DNA of 64,000 bases from assembly GCF_020745735.1 (NCBI RefSeq), contig NC_083424.1, positions 49,586,999 through 49,650,998 on the forward strand, written 5' to 3'. Source of the DNA: Hemiscyllium ocellatum. Lineage: Eukaryota. The notes beneath the pieces were generated by a model. That model was given only the letters and a program-made list of their open reading frames with translations, was not told the origin of the DNA and made no database searches. Positions within the stretch are counted from its first letter, which is position 1, and each line of letters starts with the position of its first letter. Shown here in pieces: positions 36,601 through 49,856 of the stretch. The position numbers were made by a program, and so were the translations under genes.

Positions 36601-39005
36601 TAGGCAGGTCATAGTCATAGAGTCATAAAGATGTATAGCATGGAAACAGACTCTTCGGTCCAACCCGTCCATGCCAAACAGATATTGGAACCCAATCTAG
36701 TCCCACCTGCCAGCTCTCGGCCCATACCCCTCCAAACCCTTCCTATTCATATACCCTTCCAAATGCCTCTTAAATGTTGCAATTGTACCAGCCTCCACCA
36801 CATCCTCTGGCAACTCATTCCATACACGTACCACCCTCTGCGTGAAAACGTCGCCCCTCAAATCTCTTTTAAATCCTTCCCCTCTCACACTGAACCTATG
36901 CCCTCTGGTTCTGGACTCCCCCACCCCATGGAAAAGACTTTGCCTATTTATCCTATCCATGCCCCTCATAATTTTGTAAACCTCAATAAGGTCACCCCTC
37001 AGCATCCGACACTCCAGGGAAAACAGCCCCAAACTGTTCAGCCTCTCCCTGTAGCTCAGATCCTCCAATCCTCGCAACATCCTTGTTAATGTTTTCTGAA
37101 CCCTTTCAAGTTTCACAAGTCATGGGGACAGTGCTGAGCTGGAAGTTTGGAACTGGGGTGAGGTGGAGGTGGGGGAAATGAGTAGATTCAGTGCAGAGGA
37201 AATGACCTGGGAGTTGCAGTGGGAGAGAGGCTCCCTGAGATTCTTGTAGAGAGAGGAGGAAAACTTCTTCAAGGCAGGCATCCTTGCAAGAGGATACGCA
37301 GTAGGGTTAAAATTAACCAGGTAAAAACAATGACTGCAGATGCTGGAACAGTTAAAAATTTACAAGTAAATGACAAACTTTGTTTCGGTCGTGCGTCAGG
37401 AAAGAGTGAGAGTAGTTAAATGCAATATTTATGTGCTCAATTTTATACTTGCTTGATGGTGAAATACATTTAACAAAGTTAAGAGTTCCACAACACCAGG
37501 TTCCAGTCCAACAGGTTTATTTGGAAGCACTAGCTTTCGGAGTGCGGCTCCTTTATCAGGTGATTGAAGGAGCAACACTCCAAAAGCTGCTGCTTCCAAA
37601 TAAACATGTTGGACGATAACCTGACGTTGTACACCTCAGTTCAACACCGGCGACTTTAAATCATGACTACATTTAACAATGATGTTTTATCATTTCAAGG
37701 ATGTAGGCATGTAAGGATTTTTCCTGTTTGCTCTAGAACGGAATTGAAGTCAGTCTCCTTTGCAACTGACTAACAAATAAGTGCTTTGCAACCTGAAGTA
37801 TCAAGTATTTTTATTTTGGCAGTACAATGCTTTTCTTGAAGCAGCGATATTCTTACCTATCTGAGACCCTACAACACCAGAGGTTGTGATATAAAGTATA
37901 ACTACCTGATCACATTGCTTGGATTGGTCAAGCTGCAGTTTGCTCCATGCTGGTTGAACCAGCGCAGCATGAACTATCCAGAGTGAAGAAGCAGAAAAGA
38001 GAGTGGACAATAAAAGAACGTAAACGAAACAATTCTAACATTGAGAAAAATCTACATGCAACTGATCAAATTGAACAAAACTTCCGTACAGACAAGTTTG
38101 GCATCATTGCTACAATCAAAAGATCTGTGACAGAGAACTTCGCACACTCTTATCACGTGAAGTTTTGATTTTCAGAATTTTGTTTTCCCTGACTATGTAT
38201 TTTCACACATAACGTTTGCGTCAAGCCGCCGTCTTTTGTCCGCCTTATTTGTGAATATGCCTGTATGTGAGCCTGTGTTTAGGGATTTAAATTGATATAA
38301 TTAAGTTATCCTTGTTCTGTCATCTATTAAACATTAAGTGCTTGCCAATAATCAATGTTTCTGCTGTGCAAGTAAGATGTGAAATGTTTTTTTCATGAAT
38401 AATACTCAGTAAGCTTGATTTAATGAATTGAATGGTTGAAATTAGGATTAATCCTAACCCAATCCTTTCTCTCAGGTTTTGAAATAGTGAAGCTCGATTA
38501 TCGGCATTTGATTAATTTTAGTCCCAACTGGATCATGGCAAGCAGAACTGTGTACAATATTCTAAGCACTGCTTTACCGACGATTTTTAAAATGGCAAGA
38601 GTATCCCATTATTACTTGCCCAATATTTTTCCACTAATTTATAGTAAATTCTCGTTTGCGTTCACGGACAACAAGTGATATTGATATCGAATCCATTTAT
38701 TGTCGAATAGATGGCCGTTTATTCTCTGCACTACGTTTATTCGTTAGTAATTAATAGCCCGATTTTCGACTGTTTATCCGAATTTAAATTTACCAATGTA
38801 CATTTCATCTGCATTCGAATCATGCATTGAATTGCTCTGTTTGACTGTGGAATTTGACATTTGGCGTTTAGATGCAATGTTATAAATATTTTGCACGGTC
38901 AAGCTCCGGAAGTCTTAAAGCACTGAAATCAAAACCGATTTGACTCATTTTGACAGAAATGAAAGATGTTGAAATGAACGCTGCCTTTGATGTTCGATCA
39001 ATTGT

Positions 39006-39084
39006 TTTATTGAACTGTTAAGGTGGGATAGATTCATAATGCTTCAATACTTAAGACACAATCACATTGTTCCTGTCTTTTATT
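39006..39084 (-). terminator. Two AATAAA poly(A) signals of cluster 3
   Basis: tttatt at 39079-39084 and 39006-39011. Confidence 0.7.
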
Positions 39085-39295
39085 CAGATGTATGCATGTA
39101 AGGTAATAATCATTGACATTTCAGTTAACACGGCACGTTTGTAAAAAACAGTTACTTTTACATCCGAAAGTTTCCCCCGCGATGAGCAATTTTTCAATTA
39201 ACCGGAATACAAATAATTTCTACCGTATTGTTACATGGGAGGTATGAACAGGAATAAACAAGCTTTCTCAATTGAGACAAGTGGAGCTTCCGAAA

Positions 39296-39618
39296 TCACA
39301 TACAGCTCGATCTCGAGATACTTGTCTGAAACGGAGTTGCCTGAGACTCATGTTTAACCCCACAGGAGTAACGCTCGTGTGAGTTCCACTCTGAGGCTGA
39401 CAGGGTCAGATAGCTGCTCACACTGAATGTGTTGTCCGTCTCCTGCTGGACCCGACTGGTCTCCACACCGTTCCCCTTGACACTGCCATCTACCGTCCAC
39501 TCAATCTCCACAGCGCCCGGGTTAAAACCGCTCACCAAACACACCAGGGTCGCCGTGTGCTTTTCCGTGATTTGAACCGATGAAGGCGGAAGGAGGGATA
39601 CCGATGGTTCCCGCGGAC
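39296..39618 (-). CDS. IGLC: Ig light-chain constant exon, cluster 3
   Basis: 323-nt open exon; ...EKHTATLVC...SRVQQ...HERYSC...SRSSCM*. Confidence 0.95.
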
Positions 39619-41086
39619 CTGTTTAAAATAAATTAGGTTCATGTGAGTTAAAGGACTGCAATTTTTCAACATGAGATTTATTCTAAGATAATATAATTTA
39701 AATTATGTCAATCACGGAATGTAATGAATAGTTCACTTAATTTTGCGTGCACTTAATTGTACTATTAAATCCAAGAAGGACTGAATATGAGAGACTGCTT
39801 TTGTTTCGGTCTGACGAAATCATGTTGATCTTTAATTGCAGGCTGGAGTGTGGCAAAGGATCTGACTAAGTCTGGAGAGAAGCTACTTTTGTTTCATTTT
39901 GTAACGGTATCCCTTGAAAAACAGAAGGAACACCTTAGTATTGATGCTGATAACAATTCATGCAGCTGCCATGGCTCTACAATGAGATACCAAGGTGCCC
40001 ACCACGTTTAGAAATACTACTGATAATATGAAAAGTTGACATATGTTAAAGTTGTGTTGATTCGTTAACGTGAAGAAATTGTAATCAGTTTTATTGCAAG
40101 TGGATCGATCAATTATTGCTAATGTAAAATAGTTGATTTACAGCTCACTCTCATCTCGTCTTGATATTCAATGACATTTCCATCACATTATAACTCCGCT
40201 ATCGATATTTGATGGTTATCATTGCCCGAAAACAAAACTATTCCAGCCATGTACTTAAGATGGAGCCAAGAGCAGGGCAATGGGAGAATAACACAATTCC
40301 TGATTCCCCAAAACTGATCGGTCATTTAAATGCAGTTTCCACCACACTCTCCACACTCGGCATTACCCCATACAAAGCAGTCCATTTGACTGGTACCCCA
40401 TCCACTCCATTAAACATGTGCGAGATGCACTGCAGCAACTCACCAAGGCTCTGACAAATATACTTTCCAAATTCTAAAACTCTACTAACTGGAAGGATAT
40501 GGAAAGCAGGTGTATGGGAATACCACCATCTGCAAGTTCTCCAAAGCATATCCCACCCTGTACTGGAACTATATTGCCGCTAATTCACTGTAGATGTATT
40601 TAACGCCAGGCATGCCCTCCCTTTTACACCAGCTCTACCCCCTCCTCAGCGTACACGTGCTGTGAAAGAATGGGGCGCATAAGAAGTCATAACAGACATA
40701 TCATCAGAAAAGTGTAAACCAGGCTGCCCTGTTTAACCATTAGCAATTGTTTTACTCTGTCATTACGTCCAAAATCTCACCAATGCCCGCCCGTGCTGCT
40801 TGAATGGGAGATTTAAGTAGCTGCATCTCATCGAGCAAGGATTACCTCGCAGCGATACTGTGAGAAGCCATGTCTATTATTTCAGTCAATTAAATATTCC
40901 CAATTACATTAATGCTGCATAGATTTTGTTTCGCATTCGGACTTCTCTGATCACTGACATCGAAATCACCAGCCGCTGAGATCAGAAACAATCGGGGAAG
41001 GAACAGGAAATCTCTGTCGGTAGTGCACATTCTCATTGGAAATCACACAACACCAGTTTATAGTCCAACGGGTTTAATTGGAAGCA

Positions 41087-41121
41087 CACTAGCTTTCGGA
41101 GCGACGCTCCTTCATCAGGTG
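41087..41121 (-). ncRNA. Minimal hammerhead-like motif, J-C intron of cluster 3 (best copy)
   Basis: cac-CUGAUGA-a-ggagc-guc-gcucc-GAAA-GC-UA-gug; perfect 5-bp stem II and 3-bp stem I. Confidence 0.6.
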
Positions 41122-42647
41122 ATTGTCGCTCCGAAAGCTAGTGTGTTTCCAATTAAACCTGTTGGACTATAACCTGGTGTTGTGTGATTTTTAACTGTTT
41201 ACTCCACAGTCCAACACCGGCATCTCCAATCATTCTCATTGAACTATTTGACGATATCAAGAATCCAAGTACAATATAACGAGATGATCGAAAATGACTT
41301 TATGCTCATTTTCAGTTTAACAAGACACTACTAATTCAGAGTTTCACCAGGTTTTGTTGATTGCAATTAAGGCCAGCGAATGCGCCGCTAATTTCATTGC
41401 AATTCGCATCCGATTCTTCAGGGAAGCAGTCATGCCTTATTTGTTTTGTCGCTTTGAAAATTCAGTTTTCCATTTGGTCCGCCAGTTAGACAACACGTAA
41501 CAAACTGCGGGAGTGTGGCGCTGGAAAAGCAAAGCCGCTCAGGCGGCATCCGACGAGAAGGAGAATCGACGTTTGGGGCATAAGCCCTTCATCAGGAATG
41601 ATGAGGGGCTTACACCCGAAACATCGATTCTCCAGCTGGCCTCATTCCTCATGAAGGTCTTTTGCAGAACCACACTCTCGACCCCTATCTACAGCATCAG
41701 CAATCCACAATTTCGAACTGAACTTCCGTGATAAATCGAAGTCGCGAGATTCAATACAACAGTAGTCTCCGTTAAGAAAGTTAAGGAAACCGAGAACTGA
41801 AAAAGCTGAGAGCTAATGTTACCTGTTCTCAACCGCTATCTCTACAGATGCTGCCAGGTCTGCTGACGTTCTCCAGCAATTTTGTTTCAGATTTCCAGAT
41901 TCCACAGCTCATTCTTTTACTTGAAGCTAAAGTTATCACTAATTTTTGACTTTCCATTGCCCTTTGTGTTTTGAAGAGGGAATTTATATAGGGTTACCTT
42001 TCTCGCTTCGTCGATTAATTCAAGCAGCTGGCGTTGGGACACCATCATTTACTTATGGAAATCGTTACTATATCTTTGAGTAAAGTACTGAGGTAAAGGT
42101 CCATTCCTTCCGTACGCCGAGGAGAATCGCGGAACAGAAAAAAAGTGCACTAAATATTTCACTAAAAATAACAAAGGACTCTGGAGGTCTGAGACGAAGA
42201 CAGAAACTCCTGGAGAAACCTAGCAGGTCTGGCATCATCTTTGGAGAGAAAGCAAAGTTAACGTTTGCAGTCCAGTTCTAATGAAGGCTCACCGACTGGA
42301 ATCGTCAACTCTGCTTTCTTCCCTCACACTTTACTAGACCTGCTGGGAGTTTCTCCAGCAATTTCAGCTTCTTTGTTTCTTAAACATTTTCCCGTCCACT
42401 GGCACAGAGACTATGGCGCCAATTGTTCTTCAGGCCGCTGAACAAACACTCAGCAGAATGCCTTATAAACCTGCAAGATTCGGTTCTTAACCAGTCAATG
42501 GACAGCTCCAGATAATTTGGAAAGAATTTATATTCTATTGTGAACAGAATGTTACAACTGTAGCAGATTAAAATGTAGGCATTCATAGTGTTTTGTTCTT
42601 AAACGGAATCAAGTTTTGAACTCTACAGGAAAAGGGGTTTTACTCAC

Positions 42648-42995
42648 TGCCAACACTCAGCTTGGTGCCTGTGCCGAAGTAGCCGATGCTGCTTTTCCAT
42701 ATGGCACAGTAATAGTCCGCGACGTCTCCCGATTCAACTCCGCTGATACTTAAAGTTCCTGTGTTGCCGGAGACTGAGCCCGAAAACCGGTCTGGAACAC
42801 CTGAGGCCCTATTCGTGCTGCTGCCAGCGTAGTGATAAAGAAGATACCGAGGAGCATTTCCAGATTTCTGCTGATACCAATAAATGTAGCTGGTCCCTAA
42901 GGAGGCACCCGACAAAGTGCAAGTAATCTGGACGGTCCCTCCGAGGGATGTCGATTTTGAAGGCGGTTGGTTTACTGTAATCTCTGCGCTCGAAA
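42648..42995 (-). CDS. IGLV: Germline-joined VJ exon, cluster 3 (open, both cysteines present)
   Basis: 348 nt; EITVNQPP...CTLSGASLGTSYIYWYQQKSGNAPRYLLYHYAGSSTNRAS...YYCAIWKSSIGYFGTGTKLSVG. Confidence 0.95.
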
Positions 42996-43141
42996 CTGGA
43001 GGAAGAAAGGCATCAAAAATCTTACTGCTGTGTACTTTGATCAATTATTGACACGATTGAATATATACGCACTTGTAAGATCACACCAAATAATATTCAC
43101 AAAATGGATTTCACAGTAAATCTAAATGTGAGAACACCCAC

Positions 43142-43184
43142 CTGCAACGCAGAAACAGAAAATAACACGTGCCCAGTCAGACAT
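43142..43184 (-). CDS. IgL leader exon, cluster 3 (MSDWARVIFCFCVA+G; 6 nt shorter)
   Basis: 43 nt, ATG at 43184, donor GTGGGT at 43136-43141. Confidence 0.88.
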
Positions 43185-43259
43185 GGTGAAAGGTTTAACC
43201 AGGCTGAGATGCATTGAGAGCTGTTTAACCAGATGGATTCAGTACCTGAAAGGTTCACT

Positions 43260-43312
43260 CTTTTAATAAGACCTGACACCGAGAAGGTGTTGCCCTCTAC
43301 TGTTATGCAAAT
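43260..43312 (-). promoter_or_regulatory. IgL promoter, cluster 3: octamer (43305-43312) and TATA-like box
   Basis: Same motifs and spacing as the other clusters. Confidence 0.85.
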
Positions 43313-46300
43313 TAATATTTCCATCTCAACCAATCAGTCTCTGAAATCCAAAGACAATCTCAAAATCCCTTCAGAGAACAGCAAATACAAGCAAGGTTAT
43401 AGAAAAGCAAAATGCAGCAGTTGCGGAAATTCCGAGATTAAACAGAAAATACAGGCAGGAAATGTCGTGGAGCGAGAAATTGGATCCACATTTCATTTCA
43501 TGACCTTTCTAGAGAAGCTAAAAACACCTTGCCAAAAGCGTTGCCTCTTTCCTAGTGTGTGCTCTGAGCATTCTATGTTGCAAAATGGGATTTGAATCCT
43601 CGAAACACGCAACAATAAAAGATATGAGAAACAGATTTAACAGTTCGAGTCCAGAGACATCTTCAGTTCCAAAGAATGTAAAACGTTATCTGTTATTTTT
43701 CTCCACAGGTGTTGGTCAGACCCGCTGTGATTCTCTAGCACTGTCTGTTTCTGATTATGACTTCCAGCATCCGCAGCATTGTGTGTTTATATAAAAGATG
43801 TCATTTACCTTCTGAAGCGTGCATCGCCTTTTTGACACATCTACCCAACACCCAAATGTCGCAGCGTTCCGGGAAAGTGATGGGGTCCAGTCCGCTCAGT
43901 GTTGGCTCCGACTACCTAAACAGTACAATTGCTCACTGGGAAGGACAGCTAAACTGAAACACAGATACTTCCTGAACTAATATCGCCAGAATTTTCAATT
44001 TACTCTCTGAATTTCAACATCCTGTGCATTTTGATTTTGTAAAAGTTGCGTTTTCTTACACCTTACTTGCAGTTACTGTTCGTTGGAGAAACTTTGCAAT
44101 TGTGTTTAGGTTTCACAGACTGATTGGTTGAGTTGAAAATATCCATTAATGTTAATTTTAACACTGAGATCGATAAATGTTGCTCAACCAATGTATTTCG
44201 GGACACAGGCCAAAGTCAGGAATACGGCGCAGGCCCACAGATCGACCATATCTCATTAAATTGGAGAACAGGGTCGAGGTCCTGAATGGTCTACTCCTGT
44301 CACTATGTTCCATAGTTTCTCCATTGGTCAGGCATGTCACCAAGACAGGCTGTGAAAATAAATCAGACGAATAGTTTGATTTTGAAGACCTGGCGCTAAA
44401 TTCCAATAAAGCTGGAAAACCCAGATGTGGGCGTTTTGTGCAACTCGCGCGCTTTCCACTGCAGCTTGAATTATTAGTGAAATCCAAATAATGTCTCACA
44501 AACAAGGATCGTCAGAACGAACCCTTGGTGAGAACGATTGGCGAGCTAACAGGCGAAAGGTCAGGAACGCAGCAGATGAAGGATTCATGGTGTGTGGGTC
44601 CAAAAGGAGCCTGTGAAAAAGTATGCAATTACATTCACTTCGTGACTAACTCTGCTGTCGCTTCTTCACCAACGCATGCAATGATTACTGCTGTCTCCCT
44701 CTTGCTGAGTTTAACATCTGTTATCGCAAATGATCGAAGGTTTCTTAAGTTGGGGATAAAGGTTTATTCAACTTCACTTTGCAAGTTTGACCAAAAAAAA
44801 CTGCGAAACATTTCTTCAGTAACTGATGAAATAACGCACCAGGAAGAGGTTGCCTCTTTCTTTCCACGGGAAACTGCAAGGCCCGTTGAATGTTTGCAGC
44901 ATGTTTTTATTCCCGAGGTTAAATTAGTTGAACCTAAGATTTAAGTACTTTGCAGTCTTATCTCTTCATGTTTGATTCAAGGTATATTGTTGTAAATAGT
45001 TGTATAAGCGTATAAAGCCGATTCCTTCTGAAAGAAAATAATGTAGCAAGAAAAATGTGCTTTTTAGCCAGTTTTGAGAAATTATGTGAAATTTCAGAAA
45101 ACAGCATGTTTTAAGTAATTGTATTTATTGGAAGGATTTTCATTTCATAACGTGACACAATTTCTTATATAACACATTTTCTGAGATTTCAAATTGTGAT
45201 TTATACGGGATGTTCATTCGCTCAACTACTACGTCAAAACTTGTGCATTGATTTCTTTGCCTCCAATACTAGCGTCACTTAACCTTCGGTCAACCTTCTG
45301 TTGGTTCTTCATCAAGATCTGATGCTATAACCCAGATAAAGTTGTTGCAGCACACTACAACGACCTTAACTCCGCGTTCAAGGGAATGCTTGAGGTCATT
45401 CTCAAAATAGCCCAAACATCTCAAAAGGCATTCATAGCGAATCTTGCAGCAGTTGGCTCGATGAATACATGGGCCTGATACAGTATTAAATTCTTCTGTT
45501 TCGTTTACTTAGTTTCAAAAAATCCAGCAGGGCCTAAAGTTTCTCGTTAATTTTGCAGCCCTTCTCTCGGCGGCCATCCCTAAATATGCTGTGCAAGCCT
45601 GGGGTGGACAAAGCTAAAAAAAAAAACAACACAACGCCAGGCTATATTCAACAGCTTTATTTGGAAGCACTAGCTTTCGGAGTGTTGCTACCTGATGAAT
45701 AAGCAGCGGTCGGAAAACTGGTGCTACCAAATAAACCTGTTGGACTATAACCTGGTGTTGCGTGAATTTTAACTTTGTACTCCCTAAATATGCGTGATTG
45801 CAAATAAATTGTTTTGGCCTGATTCGGCGCTGGGTCTTCAGTGATTTGTACAACGCATCAATGGCGTTATTCGATTGAAAATAATAACGTATCCACTTTT
45901 GCTGATAAAACAAATCCAAACGTGAATGCAGAAAGCTTGGAGGCAGAGGGCACAAACAGGCTGAAAATGCTTAGAGGGGTTGACTGAATCCTAATAAGCT
46001 CAATGTGGACATACATGAAGCAGCCACTTGTCAAAATAAAAAACAAAGCAGAATATTTACAACCTATATGAAAAGCCGAAATATTAATGCCATAAAGTTT
46101 TCAGTGTACTAATATGGGGCATACAGAAATAATTACAGCAAACAATTTGCAACGCAAGTTGTGTGGAGAGTAAGAAAAAGTCACTCTCGCTCTAATTGCA
46201 TGAAAGTAGTCTGTGGATGTGGGAGAAGCTTGTCGGGTGATACATTGCATGGTTTGGGCTTCATATTTAAAGAAGGATATCATTGCGTTACAGCTGCTAC

Positions 46301-48067
46301 AGGGAAGGGTCATGTGATAATTTCCTGGAGACACAGGGTCGGCCTAAGTTGTGAGACTGAGAACATTGCGTTCATATTTTCAGGAGATCTGTGCTATGAA
46401 AGTCCATCTCATTGAAGCATGGTGTATTCTGAAGGGCCTTGAGCTGCTAAACACTGAAAATGCGAAGTCTGGTATCTTTCAACCAGAAATCGGACAATAA
46501 AGTCTCAATTCAAATTGAAAGAAATGGCTTTATTTTGTCATCAACACCTTTTTGAAAAACAATGAAGACTAAACGACTGTAAAACATTTGCAAAGACGCC
46601 AATTTGTCGTATGTTGAAATATTAAACGTTTACCACTTCTTTGATTATTTGCATGTTGCTATAGAATTGTTTCACAATTAATAATGACTGCAATTTATGT
46701 GGAACAGAGCCAATAAGCATGATCTGAACTCGCAATTAACTATGAATAAAGAGGCAATCTGAAGATAGAGGGGAAATCATTCTGCTGCCAGCGGCTGTGG
46801 GCTGTTGTCACAATGAGGGTGGATGAGCAGATGTGAGGGATGTAAAGGCCTGAAGTCTATTTGCATCTTTCTCGCATCCATGACCTGTTCTCTCCTGCCC
46901 CCGCAGGTCATGCTCAGCAGTAGATAATCCGGCGCAGGGTTGCTGTGGGACGAAGTTGCAACCGCTGTCACTTCAGCGACTCTCTCATGCACATTCTAAA
47001 CTTGCTGGCAGAGTAGACACAAGCACTTATGTCGATCGAGGCTGAATGCAACATTCTGATTAAAGACGGCCTGCGATCAGTTTCCAGCCCGAAAACATTT
47101 AACTCTTTTTGGAACAAATTAAGCTTTCCCCATAGCATCTTTTACTTTCTGCAAGTAGGTTATCACTGTCTCATTCGTAAAACGTGTGCATCTGCGGCTC
47201 TAACTTCTTGACATGCATCTGACGTGACCTATGTGTTGATGAATAACGTGAAACGTGTACTTCCAAATTTGCAGGGGCATCACTGTCTGTTATTGCAAGC
47301 AGCGACGAACCCACTTCTACTGAACCCATGACATGAGCTTCACGGACACCTTGTTCAGAGTGACGGGGTAATGGAGATAGAAGGGCAGGATTTCAATCAT
47401 CACACACTCTCCCTTCTTCGAGTTGCATGTTTGAGGTGAACACAAGTGTTACCGCACAACCATCATGTATAGAGTGCGCCCTCTGCGGCTCCCTTTCATG
47501 ATGTCTCGATTCCTCCTTCAAAACACTTCCATATTACGCTTGTGTAAATCCCACGGTTCTGTTGCAGGAACAACATTCCATTGTAGACACTAAGCAGCTG
47601 CCACTGCTGAATTGCTGCCGTCACCAATTGATATCCCCATTGATCCTGTGGACTGCTCAGAGAATTGCATTTATAATTATTAGATATAACTAATTTTCTT
47701 GTTGATACGTAATTCCCTCTTTCAGTTCGTGACATCCTCCTTGTACAAAGAGCTATACATCACGGAAACAGACCTTTCGGCTGAAAAAGTACATGCCGAA
47801 TGTAATTCCAAACTAAACTCGTCCCACTTGACTACGATTGGCTCATATACTACAAAATATTTCCTATTTATTTGCGTATCCAAATGTCTTTAATATTTTG
47901 GAATTGTACCCACATGTACCATGTCCTTTGGAAGTTCATTCCACATTTGAACGACACAGTTATCCCGAGTGTCTTTTTTGATTCTTTATCTCCTCAACTT
48001 CGACACATGCCTCCTAGTCTTGAAATTCCCAGCCATTGGGACAATACACCTGCCATTCAGCTTTTCT

Positions 48068-48389
48068 TAGATTTTTTTAGATTACTTACAGTGTGGAAAC
48101 AGGCCCTTCGGCCCAACAAGCCCACACCGACCCGCCGAAGCGCAACCCACCCATACCCCTTACCTAACACTACGGGCAATTTAGCATGGCCAATTCACCT
48201 GACCCGCAAATCTTTGGACTGTGGGAGGAAACCGGAGCACCCGGAGGAAACCCACGCAGACACGGGGAGAACATGCAAACTCCACACAGTCAGTCACCTC
48301 AGGCGGGAATTGAACCCAGGTCCCTGGCGCTGTGAGGCAGCAGTGCTAACCACTGTGCCACCGTGCCGCCCTATGCCACCGTGCCGCCC
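48068..48389 (-). mobile_element. Young HE1-like V-SINE inserted in a CR1 fragment (unit 3 only)
   Basis: Absent at the homologous sites near 17725 and 33975; its 5' 16 nt are duplicated (48356-48371, 48374-48389). Confidence 0.92.
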
Positions 48390-49823
48390 CTCATGTTTTT
48401 ATAAATTTCTATAAGGTAACCTCTCAATCTCCTACATACCAATGAGAAACGTCCCAGCCTATCCAGCCTCTTCCTGGAACTTAAGCTCTCCATCCCTGAC
48501 AAAATTCTGGTAAATCTCTTCTTAACCCTCTCCAGTTTAATGATAGCATACTTATAACAGGGCGATCAGAACTGTAGACAGTACGCCAGAAACGGCCTCA
48601 CCAATGTACTGCAAACCTCAACATGATGTCTCAACTCCCATACTCAAAGTTCTGAAGATTGAAGGCAAACGTCCTAAACGCATTCTTAACCACCCTGTCT
48701 GAATGTGACGCACGCTTCAACCAATTATTCCCTAGCCCACCTATCCTACAACAATAGCCAAGGTCCTACTTTTACTTGTATAAGTCATGTCTTTGTCTTA
48801 CCAAAATACAATACCTCGCATTTATCCAAATTAAAAACCATCTGCCAACTCCTGAGCTCATTAGCCCAATTCGTCAAGGTTTCTTTGTAATCATTGATAA
48901 CCATTTTTGTTCACTATACTGTCATCCACAAACTTACTAATCATGCCTTTTATGTCCTGATTTAATTCATTCATGTAAGTGACAAACAAAAGTAGATCCA
49001 GGACCGAACCCTCCAGAACACCGTTTGTAACAGGCCTCCAGTTCGAAAAACAACCCTGCACTCTCACTCTCTGCCTCCTACTGTAAAGGCAATTTTGCAT
49101 TCAATTGGCAAGCTCACCCTGAATCCCACGTGATCTGATTTAATTAATTAGTCTACGCTGCAGAACCTTGTCGACGGCTTTGAACATTGCAAGTAAATAT
49201 GTTAACATTCGATGGAGCACTAGTTGGTAATCCGCAAAATCGCCGCCTCTCCCTGTCAGGTCTGGTAATTCAAGAATGCTTTCCATGCCCCCCACCCGGA
49301 TGGGACTTCATTCTAAGACGTGGGAAAACCGTGGCAATCCGGTCGGGATGTGGGGTGGGGCGGTGGGGAGAGGGGAAATGGCTGTGGTTTCAGTATCTCT
49401 GCATTGGGAAATCGCACCCAGATCTGTGTGAATGCACTCAAGCAAAGAGCATGCTGTTGGTTAAAGCTCTGCTGTTTGTTTTACGCTCAGACCATAATAG
49501 AAACCCTGTGGGCCTATCTGCAGTAAACCTTCAGGTGAAATCACGGGTCCGATTAGAGGTGAAGTGATCTGAAACCAGGTTGGTGTAGCCGGATTTGGAC
49601 AAATGAGCCGCTCAATTCCTCAATGAAATTCAATAGCCACGAATCCCATTTCAGCCCTCCATAAGCCCCAACCAATCGGAAACTTTTTGTTATTTCGTTT
49701 CCCTTTCCAAAAGATCTGAACGCAATTGGACAGCACTGAGTTTTGAGAATAGGGTAGGGGCGACTCGGGTACTGTGTTGCTGGAAAAGCACAGCAGGTCA
49801 GGCAGCATCCGAGGAGCAGAAAT

Positions 49824-49856
49824 ATCGACGTTTCGGGCGGAGCCCTTCATCAGGAA
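49824..49856 (-). ncRNA. pLTR hammerhead-like motif
   Basis: CUGAUGA-a-gggc-ucc-gccc-GAAA-CG-UC; the paralog at 19190-19218 has GAAAUGUC. Confidence 0.5.

Larger units (their letters stand above)
23227..38889 (-). repeat. Tandem unit 2 (type B cluster plus the spacer carrying the large PLE)
   Basis: Colinear with units 1, 3 and 4; 15,663 bp, longer because of the 1.7-kb PLE insertion. Confidence 0.9.
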
